This document shows, in pieces, positions 22,924 to 34,516 of a stretch of 64,000 bases of DNA. A program made the translations under genes and the position numbers. Source of the DNA: Azolla caroliniana (Eukaryota > Plantae > Polypodiophyta); assembly GCA_043228905.1 (NCBI GenBank), contig JBHGNT010000002.1:7378001-7442000 (forward strand). The letters are read 5' to 3'. Every line of letters starts with the position of its first letter. Within the stretch, counting starts at the first letter, position 1. Under the pieces are notes generated by a model. That model ran no database searches, was not told the DNA's origin, and was given only the letters and a program-made list of their open reading frames with translations.

Positions 22924-23702
22924 CGGCCGTCTTGTGACGAGGGAGCGTTTAGAGCGTGCCCATGCACCTCTCCTCCTCATAAAGACGTACGAGCATTTGT
23001 GTGTGTTGTGTCTTCCTCGTACGTTCGGCCGTCTTGTGACGAGGGACCGTTTCGAGCGTGCCCATGCACCTCTCCTCCTCATAAAGGCGTACGAACATTT
23101 TGTGCGTGTGTTTGTGTCTTCCTTGTATGTTCGATCATCTCGTGACGAGGGAGCGTTCGGGCTTGCCCATGCACCTCTCCTCCTCATAAAGGCGTACGAG
23201 CATTTTGTGTGTGTGTGTTTGTGTCTTCCTTGTACGTCTGGCCATCTTGTGATGAGAGAGCGTTTCGGGCGTGCCCATGCACCTCTCCTCCTCATAAAGG
23301 TGTACGAGCATTTGTGTGTGTGTTTTGTGTCTTCCTCGTACATTTGACGTCTTGTGATGAGGGAGCGTTCGGGCGTGCCCATGCACCTCTCCTCCTCATA
23401 AAGACGTACGTACATTCGTGTTTGTGTTATCGTCCCCTTGTGCATTCATCTTGCGTGCTCATCTTGCTTGTACCCGTTTGGTCACTTGGCTCGTGCGGTG
23501 ATCTCGAAAGGTCGACGAGTCGTGATCAAGGAGAGCCACCGGCCTCACAAAACAAAGGGCAACGAGACCTTGCTCGGGAAGGGGTCGGGAAGTAGTATTG
23601 TCATAAAGCAAACCTCGGGTCTTCTCTATCCCTTGAGTACTCCCTAGTCCAAGACCCCCGTGGTCCTGCCCAAGTAACACACGTGCGTGAAACTTTGTGA
23701 CA

Positions 23703-24060
23703 CCGCCATATTGGAGCCGTCTTGGTACCAGAGCCTCTCTAGCTTCCGAAACACCGAAACCCGATTAACAACATTCTTATTCTGGAACATAATGCCAATA
23801 TTCTCCCACAGTTCATGAGCCTTACTTTCGTCATTGAAGTTGTTGTCGAGGCTCATGTCCATGAAGCACCGGATGTATGTCGTCGTCTTCATGTGCATCA
23901 CCTCCCACACTATGGCATTGATCTTATCCGGTCTCTTGTCCCCGAACTGAACCGACAACCAAATATCTTTAACCACCAGCATATCCCTCATCTTCGACTT
24001 CCACACTGAGTAGTTGGAGTCGGTGAGCTTGAACATGCCACCGAACGATTCTTCCATTTC
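23703..24060 (-). pseudogene. Copia B gag N-terminus
   Basis: MEESFGGMFKLTDSNYSVWKSKMRDML... immediately after the PBS; continues at 16234 across LTR D. Confidence 0.88.
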
Positions 24061-24261
24061 ATGTGTTGTTTGCTCTGATACCAGTTTGTGGAGGATAGCG
24101 CGGAATATAGCTCGGCCACAACCGAGTCTTGAATCACTTCGTTTAAGGATCAAACACAGAAATGGGAATAGAGATAAATACTCGTACACACACGAGTCGA
24201 TAGAGAGGACACATGATGTTTGCGTCGAAAACCCTAATAGGGAAAAACCACAGGAACCCAC

Positions 24262-24350
24262 TGTTGTATGCGAGGAAGGTCGTCAATGCGGAAGATCGAG
24301 AAGCATTCGATCCCTGTTTCTTCCCTGTGTATGATGGAATGTAGGTCGTT

Positions 24351-24381
<31 letters not shown>

Positions 24382-27300
24382 CACAAAAGACTCTTTTATT
24401 TCACAAAGCAACAATACAACAGCCAACCTTACAAAGAGGTTACAAGGTCACTATATATAGTGACTGACTTAGGGCAACTACCCTTTATGCTAATTACATA
24501 AATGGCCAAAACGGGATAGTGTGAATACGTCCATTATACACATGTATTCGACACTCCCCCGTAATGGGCGTATACATGGGTTATCTAAGATTACAGGTAT
24601 AGACTTGGGTTCTCGGACATATCAGCTTTGTTCGAGTCGGCAGGGTCCGAAAGCAGAAGACCGAATTGGTCGGGTCGGAACAGTTGAAGCCGATCATTAA
24701 GGAACTGATGTCGGTTGTCGGGAACCATCCTGCTCTGTGTCCGACTCTAACCGGACTGGTTTGTCGTTACGCCCATCTGATGCCGAAGAGACCGAAAACG
24801 GTCTGCCGAAAGACACTTGGTCATTCCATCTGCGACATTGTCGGTTGTGGATATTTTCTCTAGACCGATTTTCCCTGAAATGACGCAGTCCCGAACGAAG
24901 TGATATCGAACGTCGATATGTTTGGAGGCGTTGTGGTGAACCGGATTTTTCGACAAGGCAACAGCACCTTGACTGTCGCTGTAGACAACTGGAGCCGAGT
25001 CATGGTCAACTTGTCGAAACGTGTGCGCCAGCCGACCGAGCCACAAAGCTTCTTTTGCTGCGTCGGACGCAGCTACATATTCTGCTTCGGTCGTTGAGGT
25101 CGCTGTGCACTCCTGAAGTTTCGACTTCCACGAGATTGCTCCATTGCCGAATTTGAAGCAGTATCCGGTTGTTGATTTTCGACTGTCTATACAGCCGGCG
25201 AAATCCGAGTCGGTGTAACCGACTACGCCTGAGGTTCGGTTCGGACCGAAAAGAATGCCATGGTCTTTTGTGCCAGCCAGATATCTGAACACATGCTTGA
25301 CTGCGTTCCAATGCGATCGGCCAGGATTGTGCATAAATCTGCTAACGACTCCTACGGCATGAGAGATATCAGGCCGTGTCGCGACCATCAGGTACATAAG
25401 GGAGCCGACTGTCGGTGCATACGGTACCGACTTCATATCTTCCCCCTCCGGACCGGATGTCGGGCAGTCTCGCTGAGAGAGCCGAAGATTCCTGGGGAGC
25501 GGGGTTGAAGCAGATTTGGCTGATTGCATGTTGAAGCGTTCCAAGACACGTCCGATGTAGTCGGTCTGAGACAAAAAAAGGTGTCGTTTATCGCGATGCC
25601 GACTAATCTTCATGCCGAGTATGTGTCGTGCCGGACCGAGGTCCTTCATGGCAAACTTCAACCGCAGTTGCCGAACGAGATCGGCAAGTTCGCCCGAGTG
25701 GCGTCCAGAAATTAGCATGTCGTCCACGTAAATGATGAGGAAGATGGGTGATCCATCTTGAGCTGTGTTGGTAAAGAGACAATGGTCCTCATCGCTTTTT
25801 GAGAAGCCGATCGATTGGATGAAGTCGTCGAACTTCTTGTACCATTGTCGCGGTGCCTGTTTGAGGCCGTATAGACTCTTCCTGAGTCAGCAGACTAGAT
25901 GTTCTTGGCCAGGTGCCACGAAGCCTTTTGGCTGCTCCATATAAATTTCCTCCTCGAGATCACCATGGAGGAAGGCTGTTTTGACATCTAGCTGAATCAG
26001 CTCCAAGTTGTCGGCTGCCACTACGCCGAGTAGAAAACGAAGGGTTGTCATTTTCACCACTGGTGAAAAAATCTCGTCGAAGTCGACGCCATATTCTTGT
26101 CGGAAGCCCTTCGCAACTAATCTGGCCTTGTACTTTGGGGTGGTCGAATCAGACGTCTCTTTTAGTCGATAAACCCACTTGCAAGGAAGAGCACGTCGGT
26201 TCCTAGGTAATTCGACCAGATCCCAAGTCTTGTTTGCCCGAATGGAGTGCATTTCCGACTCCATCGCCAGATGCCAGGTGGCGGAATCGACAGATGTCGA
26301 TGCTTCTTCGTAAGACGTCGGTTCGCCGGCGTCGGTGAAGAAAATTCCAGGAGAGTACCTCTCCGGAGGTTGCGACAGTCTCTCGGATCGTCGAGGTATG
26401 ATTGGACTGGTCGCATCGGGTATCGTGGTCGGATGGTCCGAAAGCGAGTTGTTCTGCTGTGCCGAGTCGGAGTTGTCCGAGTCGGTAGAGTAAGGTTCAG
26501 CTACCCGTGAAGCTGACCGTGTGTTGAGAGCGGGGCCTTCTTGAAGGGTCGGCACATCGGAAAATGTTACCCTTCGGACTTCAATTGGTTTTTCGACGGA
26601 TGGGTTCATAGCCGACTCGTTGAACACAACGTCCGAACTTCGAACGATTTGCCTGCGTTCGGGGTCCCAGAGTCGGTATCCCATTTCGCCGTCGGATCCA
26701 TATCCAAGGAAAATGCATTTCCTGGACCGAGGTGCAAGTTTTCGGCGATCATCTTTCGGAATGAGGGCGTACGCCTCGCATCCGAAGATCCTCAGTTTGT
26801 CGTAATTCGGCTTACTGCCGATCCATAGTTCCTGAGGAATTTGAAGTCCTAGAGGTCTACTTGGCGACATATTGATTATGTGTACTGCCGTGAGTAGAGC
26901 CTCTGCCCAGAAGCCATCCGACAGTCCGGAGTGTTGGAGCATGGAAACTGTCCGTTCTTGGATTGTCCGATTCATTCGTTCTGCAATCCCGTTTTGCTCC
27001 GGACTGTGTGGTGCCGTAAGTTCACGTCGGATGCCGCGTTGTCGGCAGAATTTGACGAATTCTTCGGATTTAAACTCTCCCCCGTTGTCGGTTCGAAAGC
27101 ATTTCAGCTTTCGGTCGGTTTGATTTTCCACCATAGCGAGCCAATCGGTGAAGATCGAGAAGACACGATCTTTGGTGCGAATTGGATAAGCCCACACCTT
27201 TCGAGTCGAATCGTCAATAAAACTGACGAAGTAAGAGGCACCGCCTAGAGACTGATGCGGCATTGGGCCACAGACGTCCGAATGGACTAAATCAAGAGGT

Positions 27301-29435
27301 CTCGTTTCTCTTGGTGCTGATGTCGGGTGTGATGCGGCTGCTTGTTTGCCATACTGGCAATGCTCACAGAATTGATGGTCGGAGAAGGAGAGTTTTGGGA
27401 TGTATCCGGCTCTAGATAGATGCGTGATGCCGGCCTTGCTGAGGTGTCCTAATCTTCTGTGCCATAGTGATGACACAGGAATATCCACCAAAAACAGGTT
27501 ACCCTCTCTGAGCGTAACATGTAACGGATACAGTGAGTGTATCTTGGGTCCTCTAGCAAGCAGGAGGTTCCCCCTGTGGAGTGTCCACCCTCCCGAAGAA
27601 AAGCCGGCACGAATGCCGTCTTCATCTAGTTGTCCGACTGAGATCAGTGGCCTTGAGAGCTCGGGTACATGTCGGACATTGTGGAGTACAAGTGTAGAGC
27701 CACCTGCAAGGTTGAGCTCTACTGTGCCGATTCCGATGATGTCACAGTGTTGTGAGTTGCCGACTCGAACTGAGTCGGAGTGACGGATCGTATATTGCCG
27801 AAATTGGGATCGATGAGGAGTCACGTGAAATGACGCGCCCGAATCTAAGAGCCACGTGCTCGATTCTTCAGTCGTGAGCAGAACTTCTGATCCGACTGGA
27901 TTTTCGATTGATAGTATATTCGGGTCGTCCGGTAGTACATCAGCTGAGAAGCTGACGTAATTGATCTCCTCATGCCGGCCACTCTTCTTGTTGTTCTTGT
28001 TCTTGAGTGCGCGGCAGTCGGCTTTGATGTGTCCGGGTTTCTTGCAGTAGTTGCAGATTCGGTTATCCCGTGATTGGCTCCGTCTTCGCTGATTGTTCGG
28101 CGGCCGTGAGTAATCTCTTCCTCGTATGTTCGATCGGTCTGTCGAACCTTGTACTACGTAAGCGTCGTCTGTTGAGTCTTTGGCGAAAGACTTTCTCCGA
28201 GCTGCTTCGGTCAGGATTGCGCTCGTGACTTCGGAGTATTTAACAGCCGTGGTTGACGCGTTGCACACGGTTGTGACGAAAGTTTCCCATGATGAGGGAA
28301 GGCTACTCATGAGTATCATTGCGCTGAGTTCATCCTCGATTGCCGTCCCCTGTGACGAGATTTGGGAGCTTATGCTTTCGTACTCATTGAGGTGTGCTTG
28401 AACCGAATCGGATTCTTTCATCCGCAAGTTGTAGAGTCGCCGGATCAGAAACATCTTTGTTGCGGCGACCTTCTTTTCGTAAGTGTCCGACAGTGTTTTC
28501 CACAGTTCAAATGCTGTCGTACACGATTGCACCGTAAAGTATACCGATTCCGATAGGTGCATCCGAATCGTGGCGCGGACGATTCTGTCCAGCTTCTGCC
28601 ACTCAATTGGTTTGTATCCTTCTGGAGGTTCTTCATTTTCGATGGGATCGATTTGCCCCTTGACTATGAGATAGTCCTGCATTTGCTCCTTCCAGAAGTT
28701 AAAGTTCGAACCATCGAACTTTCGTAGACTCATTTCTGACGAGCCGGATGTTGATGCCATCAAATTGGGTTTCGGTTGACGAAGCTCGGTTCGGAGTTGA
28801 CTACGAGCCTTGTTGGAGTGCAGCCGGTTGGCTCACCCGATATCGTTCTAGTCGGATTTGAACCCGAGTCGGTTCGGCTTCGGAACTTGCTCGAATTGAC
28901 TCCGGTAACTTGAGGGACAGAACCGACTGGTCTTCCCGAATGTCGCCGAGTCGGAGTGAGCCCGGTTCGCTTCGGATATATATGCCGAGTACCGATTATT
29001 GAAACCGATTATCTGGACCGATTCGGCTTCGGTTGACTGCAGCGATGAGAGAGACGGATCCGACTGATCCTCCCGAATGTCGATCAGCCAGATGAAGCAC
29101 GAATTTGGGTTGTTGTCAGAGTTGCACAAGGGGATTTCACCTCGAGCGGTTACGATCACAGGGGACAGAGTACAACCTGCTGGCTTACTCCAAGCAAGGG
29201 GATCTAACGCGATGAGGTGCAAACCTCGTTTTTGTTCTTCTTCTCTCTTTCTTCGAATGACGCGAATACTGTGCAGGCCGTGTTGAGGTGAAGAACCGAA
29301 TGCTGTGCAGGCGGTGATGACGGCCGAACATCGCTCTGATACCAGATGTTGTATGCGAGGAAGGTCGTCAATGCGGAAGATCGAGAAGCATTTGATCCCT
29401 GTTTCTTCCCTGTGTATGATGGAATGTAGGTCGTT

Positions 29436-29466
<31 letters not shown>

Positions 29467-29638
29467 CACAAAAGACTCTTTTATTTCACAAAGCAACAAT
29501 ACAACAGCCAACCTTACAAAAAGGTTACAAGGTCACTATATATAGTGACTGACTTAGGGCAACTACCCTTTATGCTAATTACATAAATGGCCAAAACGGG
29601 ATAGTGTGAATACGTCCATTATACACATGTATTCGACA
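24262..29638 (-). mobile_element. Ty1/copia element E (sister of G), inserted in the 5' LTR of B
   Basis: 292-bp LTRs 24262-24553 and 29347-29638 (2 substitutions seen); TSD CCCAC; PBS-Met 29333-29344; PPT from 24554. Confidence 0.97.
24747..28760 (-). pseudogene. Copia E gag-pol with one premature stop in RT
   Basis: Near-identical to the G protein; CGA>TGA at 25887-25889 splits it into the 958-aa and 326-aa ORFs. Confidence 0.95.
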
Positions 29639-29782
29639 CCCACATGCTCCGAACTATCACTATATGAGAAAGGTACAATCAGAGACTCGGAGGCAACGAC
29701 CTCGAGCTTTGTTTCTTCGCCAAGCGGCGGTTACAACAGAAACCGTTCTGTATATGCTCTCTCACACTCTTCCTCTCTCTCT

Positions 29783-31462
29783 CACACGAGGATTGGTAGT
29801 GAATCTAGGGAAAACGAAAGTCCTTATCTTCCACACATCGGCCCAAGTTAGAGCTAAGTGTCACCTAACTATCTCCCATAGCCCAGTCGAGGTGGTTGGA
29901 TCGTACGTATATCTCGGAGTCACTTTTAGTGCCCGCTCAGGTAAATTTTCGATGACACAGGCAGCGAAGGATAGACTCACGAGAGGACATGCATCCCTCT
30001 CACTCCTAGAGAGACAATGCCACCAAGCACACTTTCAAGAGCCACGGACTAAAGGGTGGCTCTTTGACTCATTAGTGACCCCCTCCCTCATGTATGCATC
30101 AGCGGTTTGGGCTCCAGGATTACCATCCTTCATGTGGACGCAATTAGAGAGACCATTGGTGATGATGCTATCACGCCAACTCCGAAGCAAATCGACTGTA
30201 CCACATGACATTATTAGGGCCGAGTTCACGTTACCCCCAATGCTAGTAGAGGCACTTTTTCAACTTGTAGTCTTTATTGATAAGATACATAGCCAACCAC
30301 ATGATAGAATATCTCATCAAGCCTTTAAGGCCTCTCGATCATTGTATGAGTCCGGCTATACTAGCTCATGGTATGGCATGATGGTGACTTGGCTTCTTGC
30401 GAATGGTCTAGACATTAATAACCTACCTCCCCTTAGGTACAACCACACGAGTGATAACACCTTAACCTCTCATGAGAACCGCAATAAAGTAATATGCCAA
30501 GAAATATGGCAAATTTACACTCGGTGTAAATGGATCACCCCACTAGAGCCACTCCCATCTAAAATGTCGTACTATAAGAAACACTTCATGCACTTCTCTG
30601 AGTTAGGTTTTATCACACGGCCAAAATATCTAGATGTATTCTTACCACATGCACTAAGGGTTGCCATTGGACAACTTAGAATATCGTCTCACCAACTTGA
30701 GATTGAAAATGGCCGCACTAGTGGAGTCCCTAGGGAGGAAAGGATATGTAGGTTATGTCACATAGAGATAGAGGATGAGTACCACTTTACATGCAAGTGT
30801 CCAACCTATGCCGAGATAAGGGCAAAATACCAAGACATACTTGGTCCGTCTCCCACCCTCCCCAAACTATTAGATACTCTAGATATAAAGAAATTAGGCA
30901 AATACATTCTAGAGCTAAAACAACACAGAGAGAATAAATTACAAAATGTTGACAATAATGTTGCTAATGATCACGAACATGTAACAAATGCAGTTTTTCA
31001 GGAACCTGAGGAGACAACGAATGCCGACACACTTGCACCACTCGGCCTTTCCATTGATGAGGCAGAAAACCAGAGAAGAACCAGACGTCCTCAGGTGTCG
31101 GGTTTCAAAACAACTCAACGTGATGTGGAAGCAATATTGAAAATAAGGGAACGTGAGCTACACCGCCTAGAAGCCATGGCTAGGGCACTCTCTACATTGG
31201 AACCCACATCAAGACCCTTTGACCCCCCACTTCTTTTCGAGAGGCTTGGGTGGAAATAAAATTAGGCTTAGTGTATAGTCACTTTCGAGTATACTACATA
31301 TTGTACACTACTAGAACTCTTTTAGTTTAAGTTCTATTTTTTTTTACTTAATTTTATTTTTAGTTATGATGACTGGATAAATACTCTATTGTTGTAAACC
31401 AATTGTCTCATGGGCCAAATTTGGCCTTAGAAGACGTTAATACATCTTTCTTTCTTTCTTTC
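29783..31462 (+). mobile_element. 5'-truncated LINE-2 (RTE-X-like C-terminus) inserted in the 5' LTR of B
   Basis: Open frame GLVVNLGKTKV..YVYLG..LFDSLVTPSLMY..SHQLEIENGR..ERICRLC..EDEYHF..CPTY to stop at 31259; 3' UTR; (CTTT)n tail; LTR B resumes at ATGCCACAG. Confidence 0.9.
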
Positions 31463-31766
31463 TCTATGCCACAGTTATACACATACAACAATATGACTAC
31501 AACCCACGTAAGTGATTGCCCTAAGCCATATTTATACTTATATGAACTTAGGGCTATTTACAAATATAGCCTCAATGGGCTTATTCAAAACATATTTACA
31601 AATATGTCTTCTCTTCCGGTTCTCACCGGGTCCATCCGATCTGGTTTTCGGATCTCTTCCAATTCTCACCGAGTCCATCCAATCCGGTTTTCGGAACTCT
31701 TCCGGTTCACACCGGATCCTCTTCATCCATAACCGGATCCCATCCGGAGGGACCGATTTCCCAACA

Positions 31767-32530
31767 GCTCAAACCGATGGCCAAACCGAAAGAGTCAACC
31801 AAATCCTCGAGCAATACCTCTAGTGTACAGTCAGCTACCAACAAGATGATTGGGTAGACTTCCTTGTCATGGCAGAATTTGCCTACAAAAATAGTATCCA
31901 TGCCTCAACTAAGGTTTCCCCATTCTTTGCAAACTACGGTTTCCACCCTCATTTCAGCATTTCCATTCCGGAGACTTCTGTGAATCCGTCGGCCGAGAGG
32001 CGTGCCCACACCTTACAAGATGTCCATCATGACCTCTCCCTAGAGCTCCGTGTCGCTGGCAAACAATATAAAGCTCACGTTGACCAACATCACTTGGTCG
32101 CTCCGACCTTCGCAGTCGGTGACATGGTTTGGCTACTACGTCGCCACATTGTAACCGCCTATCCCTACGCGAAGCTCGACTACAGAAAGCTAGGCCCTTT
32201 CCGTATCCTCGAGCACGTTAACCCAGTCGCCTTCCGGTTAGCGCTTCCCCCCACATTTCGGCTTCAGAATGTTTTCCACGTCTCTCTCCTCGAACCCTAC
32301 CATCCTTCTCACATTTCGGGACGACAACCTCCGTCACCGCCGCCCGTGGAATTATCAAAAGGTGAGGAGTACGAGGTTGACCGGATCCTTGACTCCCGCT
32401 TGCGTCGCCGAAGACTTCAATACTTGGTCTTATGGAAAGGTTACCCTCTTTCGGATGCCACATAGGAACCAGTTACACATTTACAAAATGCGTCGAAGGC
32501 AATTCACGCTTTTCATCAATGATACCCTCA
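31767..32530 (+). pseudogene. Element A integrase C-half, GPY/F motif and chromodomain
   Basis: QTDGQTERVNQILEQYL, KLGPFRI, FHVSLLEPY, EEYEVDRILDSR..YLVLWKGY..*EP. Confidence 0.92.
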
Positions 32531-32599
32531 TATACCAACCGTGGGTGTTAAGAGGCGGCCTTAGAGAGAGGATAATGTCATAGACATATGCCATGGAGG

Positions 32600-32660
32600 A
32601 AGGTAGGGATTGAACCCAAGACCTCATGGTCTCTATTGGACAACCCTACCAATTGGAAGT
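32600..32660 (-). promoter_or_regulatory. tRNA-like module in the U3 of element A 3' LTR
   Basis: Minus strand CTTCCAATTGGTAGGG...GAGGTCTTGGGTTCAATCCCTAC; good variable loop and T-arm, degenerate A-box, 43-nt spacing. Confidence 0.55.
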
Positions 32661-32913
32661 TTCTAGCTTGCAAACATTCTTTATATTCTCTATTACATGT
32701 ATCCTCGTGCATTCTCCATTGCATGCATACTCTATTTCGAGCTGGCTTACATAGCCCTACCGTCTTGTATAAATACTCAGGTGCACCTTGATTCTAATCA
32801 AGGTGAACAACACCAATTACAGATTCTATAAGTTGAGTTCTTGTTCTTTTCCTCTCTCTTGTGTTCTAGTCTTGTCTTCTCTTTGCTCTATTATACTTGT
32901 CCATGACAGAAAA

Positions 32914-33018
32914 GGCTCATCTTAAGCCCACTTGTTCAGGTGCTTGAAGACTTAATGTCTACACACAATCGCTAAGCTCTACTTCCATTACTATGCCATA
33001 TAGTTTAACAACAAGCAT
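32914..33018 (-). pseudogene. Host LINE ORF2 piece (RT N-terminal)
   Basis: VKLYGIVMEVELSD..QAPEQVGLR*AFS joins IVDHIFTLR at 2444 across TSD GAAAA. Confidence 0.85.
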
Positions 33019-33519
33019 AACACCAAGTCATTTGAAATTGGTAATATGTCGCATTTTAAGAATTGTCCGTCAAAAAAACGCACAAATTAGGGTGTTCACA
33101 AAAAGGGGTGCCGCATGCATAAAGGATTTTTAAAAATGTCTCAAAAATATATTGATTTCTAGCATGTACAAAAATGTAGGTGTTCGAAAAAATACATAAA
33201 TAATGGACATGCCAAACTTACAAATAAATGTCCAAAATGACTAGCACCAATATTTATAGAAATGGATGTGGTAAAGGGCCTGAAGATTGAGGACAAATTG
33301 GAGATAACCAATTCAGACAAGAGCTTGAACGAATCGGAGTTACCCGATTCGGAAGCGGTGCTTGATTCGGAGGAGCCGGATCAACTGAAGGTCAAACAGA
33401 CAAGGAGGCAGCGAAAGTCGACACCGACACGGAGGAACCGATGGGTCGAGATGCACCAGAATCGTAACAACAAAGGAGCTGAGATGGGCCTTTTGAACTC
33501 AGATTTTCAACTCAGATCT

Positions 33520-34075
33520 TATGCATTGCATCGTGTTTTACTTTGTACATCTAGAAGTTGATGCATTGCATTGGATTTTAGTTGAAATTTTTGAAAAGAA
33601 AAAGGATTTTTAGCTATAATCCAATGCACTACATCAAATTCTAGTTATATAGACTAAAATCTGATGCACTGCATCGGATTTCAGTTAAAAATCCTTTTTT
33701 TTATTTTTTATGGAAAAAAGAAAAAAAGAAAAAACATTGAAAAATGGATTCGGCTTTAATCCAATGCATTGCATTGGATTCTAGCTGTATGGACTAAAAT
33801 ACGATGTAGTGCATCGTATTTTAGTTGAAAATCCATTTTTTATTTTTTTATGGAATGTTTTTTTTTAAATCTTGGAGTTTCAATTAAAATCTAGTGCATT
33901 GCATTGGATTCTAGTTGAAAATCCAAGATTTTTTATTTTTTCCAATTTTATCCAGTTGAAAATCCGATCTAGTGAATCGGATCCTAAATGTGGCTCCATA
34001 CACAACACAAAGACAAGCAAGAAGCATGACTTAGAACTACGATGCATTGCATCGAATTATACTCTATACATCTAG
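33520..34075. repeat. Degenerate array of palindromic ATGCATTGCAT-containing units (continues 39189-39262)
   Basis: Repeated GATGCATTGCATyGGATTTyAGTTGAAA-like units on both sides of the hAT. Confidence 0.75.
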
Positions 34076-34516
34076 CATTGTTGTTAAAAAACGCGTATTT
34101 TATAGATAGAGTACGTTTTAGAATACCCACACGTATTCTAAACGTATTCAACCTTTTGGACTTGTCATTTTTTCTAAGGCTAAATTTGTAAATAATTTAA
34201 AATTTATTTTTCTAGGGTATTTTTTACTAGAGAAAAAGAAAATAATTGGGGGTTTTTGTAACAATTTCCTACGTTTTGCAGACACTAGGTTTTTCAGCAG
34301 GATATGGAAGCTATCTACAGGAAATCCGAACTCTGAAGCTTCCAACAACTTAGGTTTTTACGCAGGTATTATGGTATATGAACTAATATTGCTTCTTGAA
34401 TCTTGATTATATTATATTATTATACAGAATACAGTAAACTCTAGCTTTCAATTTTAGTGTTAATTAATCTTACACAGTGCACACATAGAGAGCATAAAAC
34501 AGAGTTTTATTTTTGG

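Larger units (their letters stand above)
17127..23430 (+). repeat. ~105-bp tandem array (8 units) in LTR D, split by copia G
   Basis: Units start near 17127, 17232, 17337, 17441 (split), 23019, 23125, 23232, 23338; core GTGACGAGGG..GCCCATGCACCTCTCCTCCTCATAAAG. Confidence 0.9.
16235..23702 (+). mobile_element. Solo LTR D (~2 kb without its nested copia), inserted in copia B gag
   Basis: TGTCGTGA...TGTGACA; 4-bp TSD CTGC/CCGC splitting B gag MA|EHM; TATA ctataaaagg ~16618; no coding domains of its own. Confidence 0.85.
5831..31766 (-). mobile_element. Ty1/copia element B, internally deleted, host of five further insertions
   Basis: 3' LTR 5831-6403; 5' LTR 24087-31766 (interrupted twice); PBS-Met TGGTATCAGAGC at 24072-24083 (minus); PPT 6404-6416; TSD CCTCA/GCTCA splitting A's integrase codons HPQ|TDGQ. 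Confidence 0.92.
2445..32908 (+). mobile_element. Ty3/gypsy chromovirus (element A, Tcn1/Tf1-sushi-like), degenerate, split by a nested insertion
   Basis: TGTCAT...ATGACA termini; perfect 5-bp TSD GAAAA (2440-2444 / 32909-32913); partial 5' LTR 2445-~2652, 3' LTR 32576-32908; purine-rich PPT just before 32576. Confidence 0.92.

Noticed and set aside
17127-23430. CRISPR-like appearance of the 105-bp array (and of the 55-bp array at 54603-54990)
   Set aside because: Whole units repeat with no unique spacers, no cas genes, eukaryotic context.
33262-33561. 99-aa ORF in the TIR element as a transposase remnant
   Set aside because: No recognisable DDE or DNA-binding motif.
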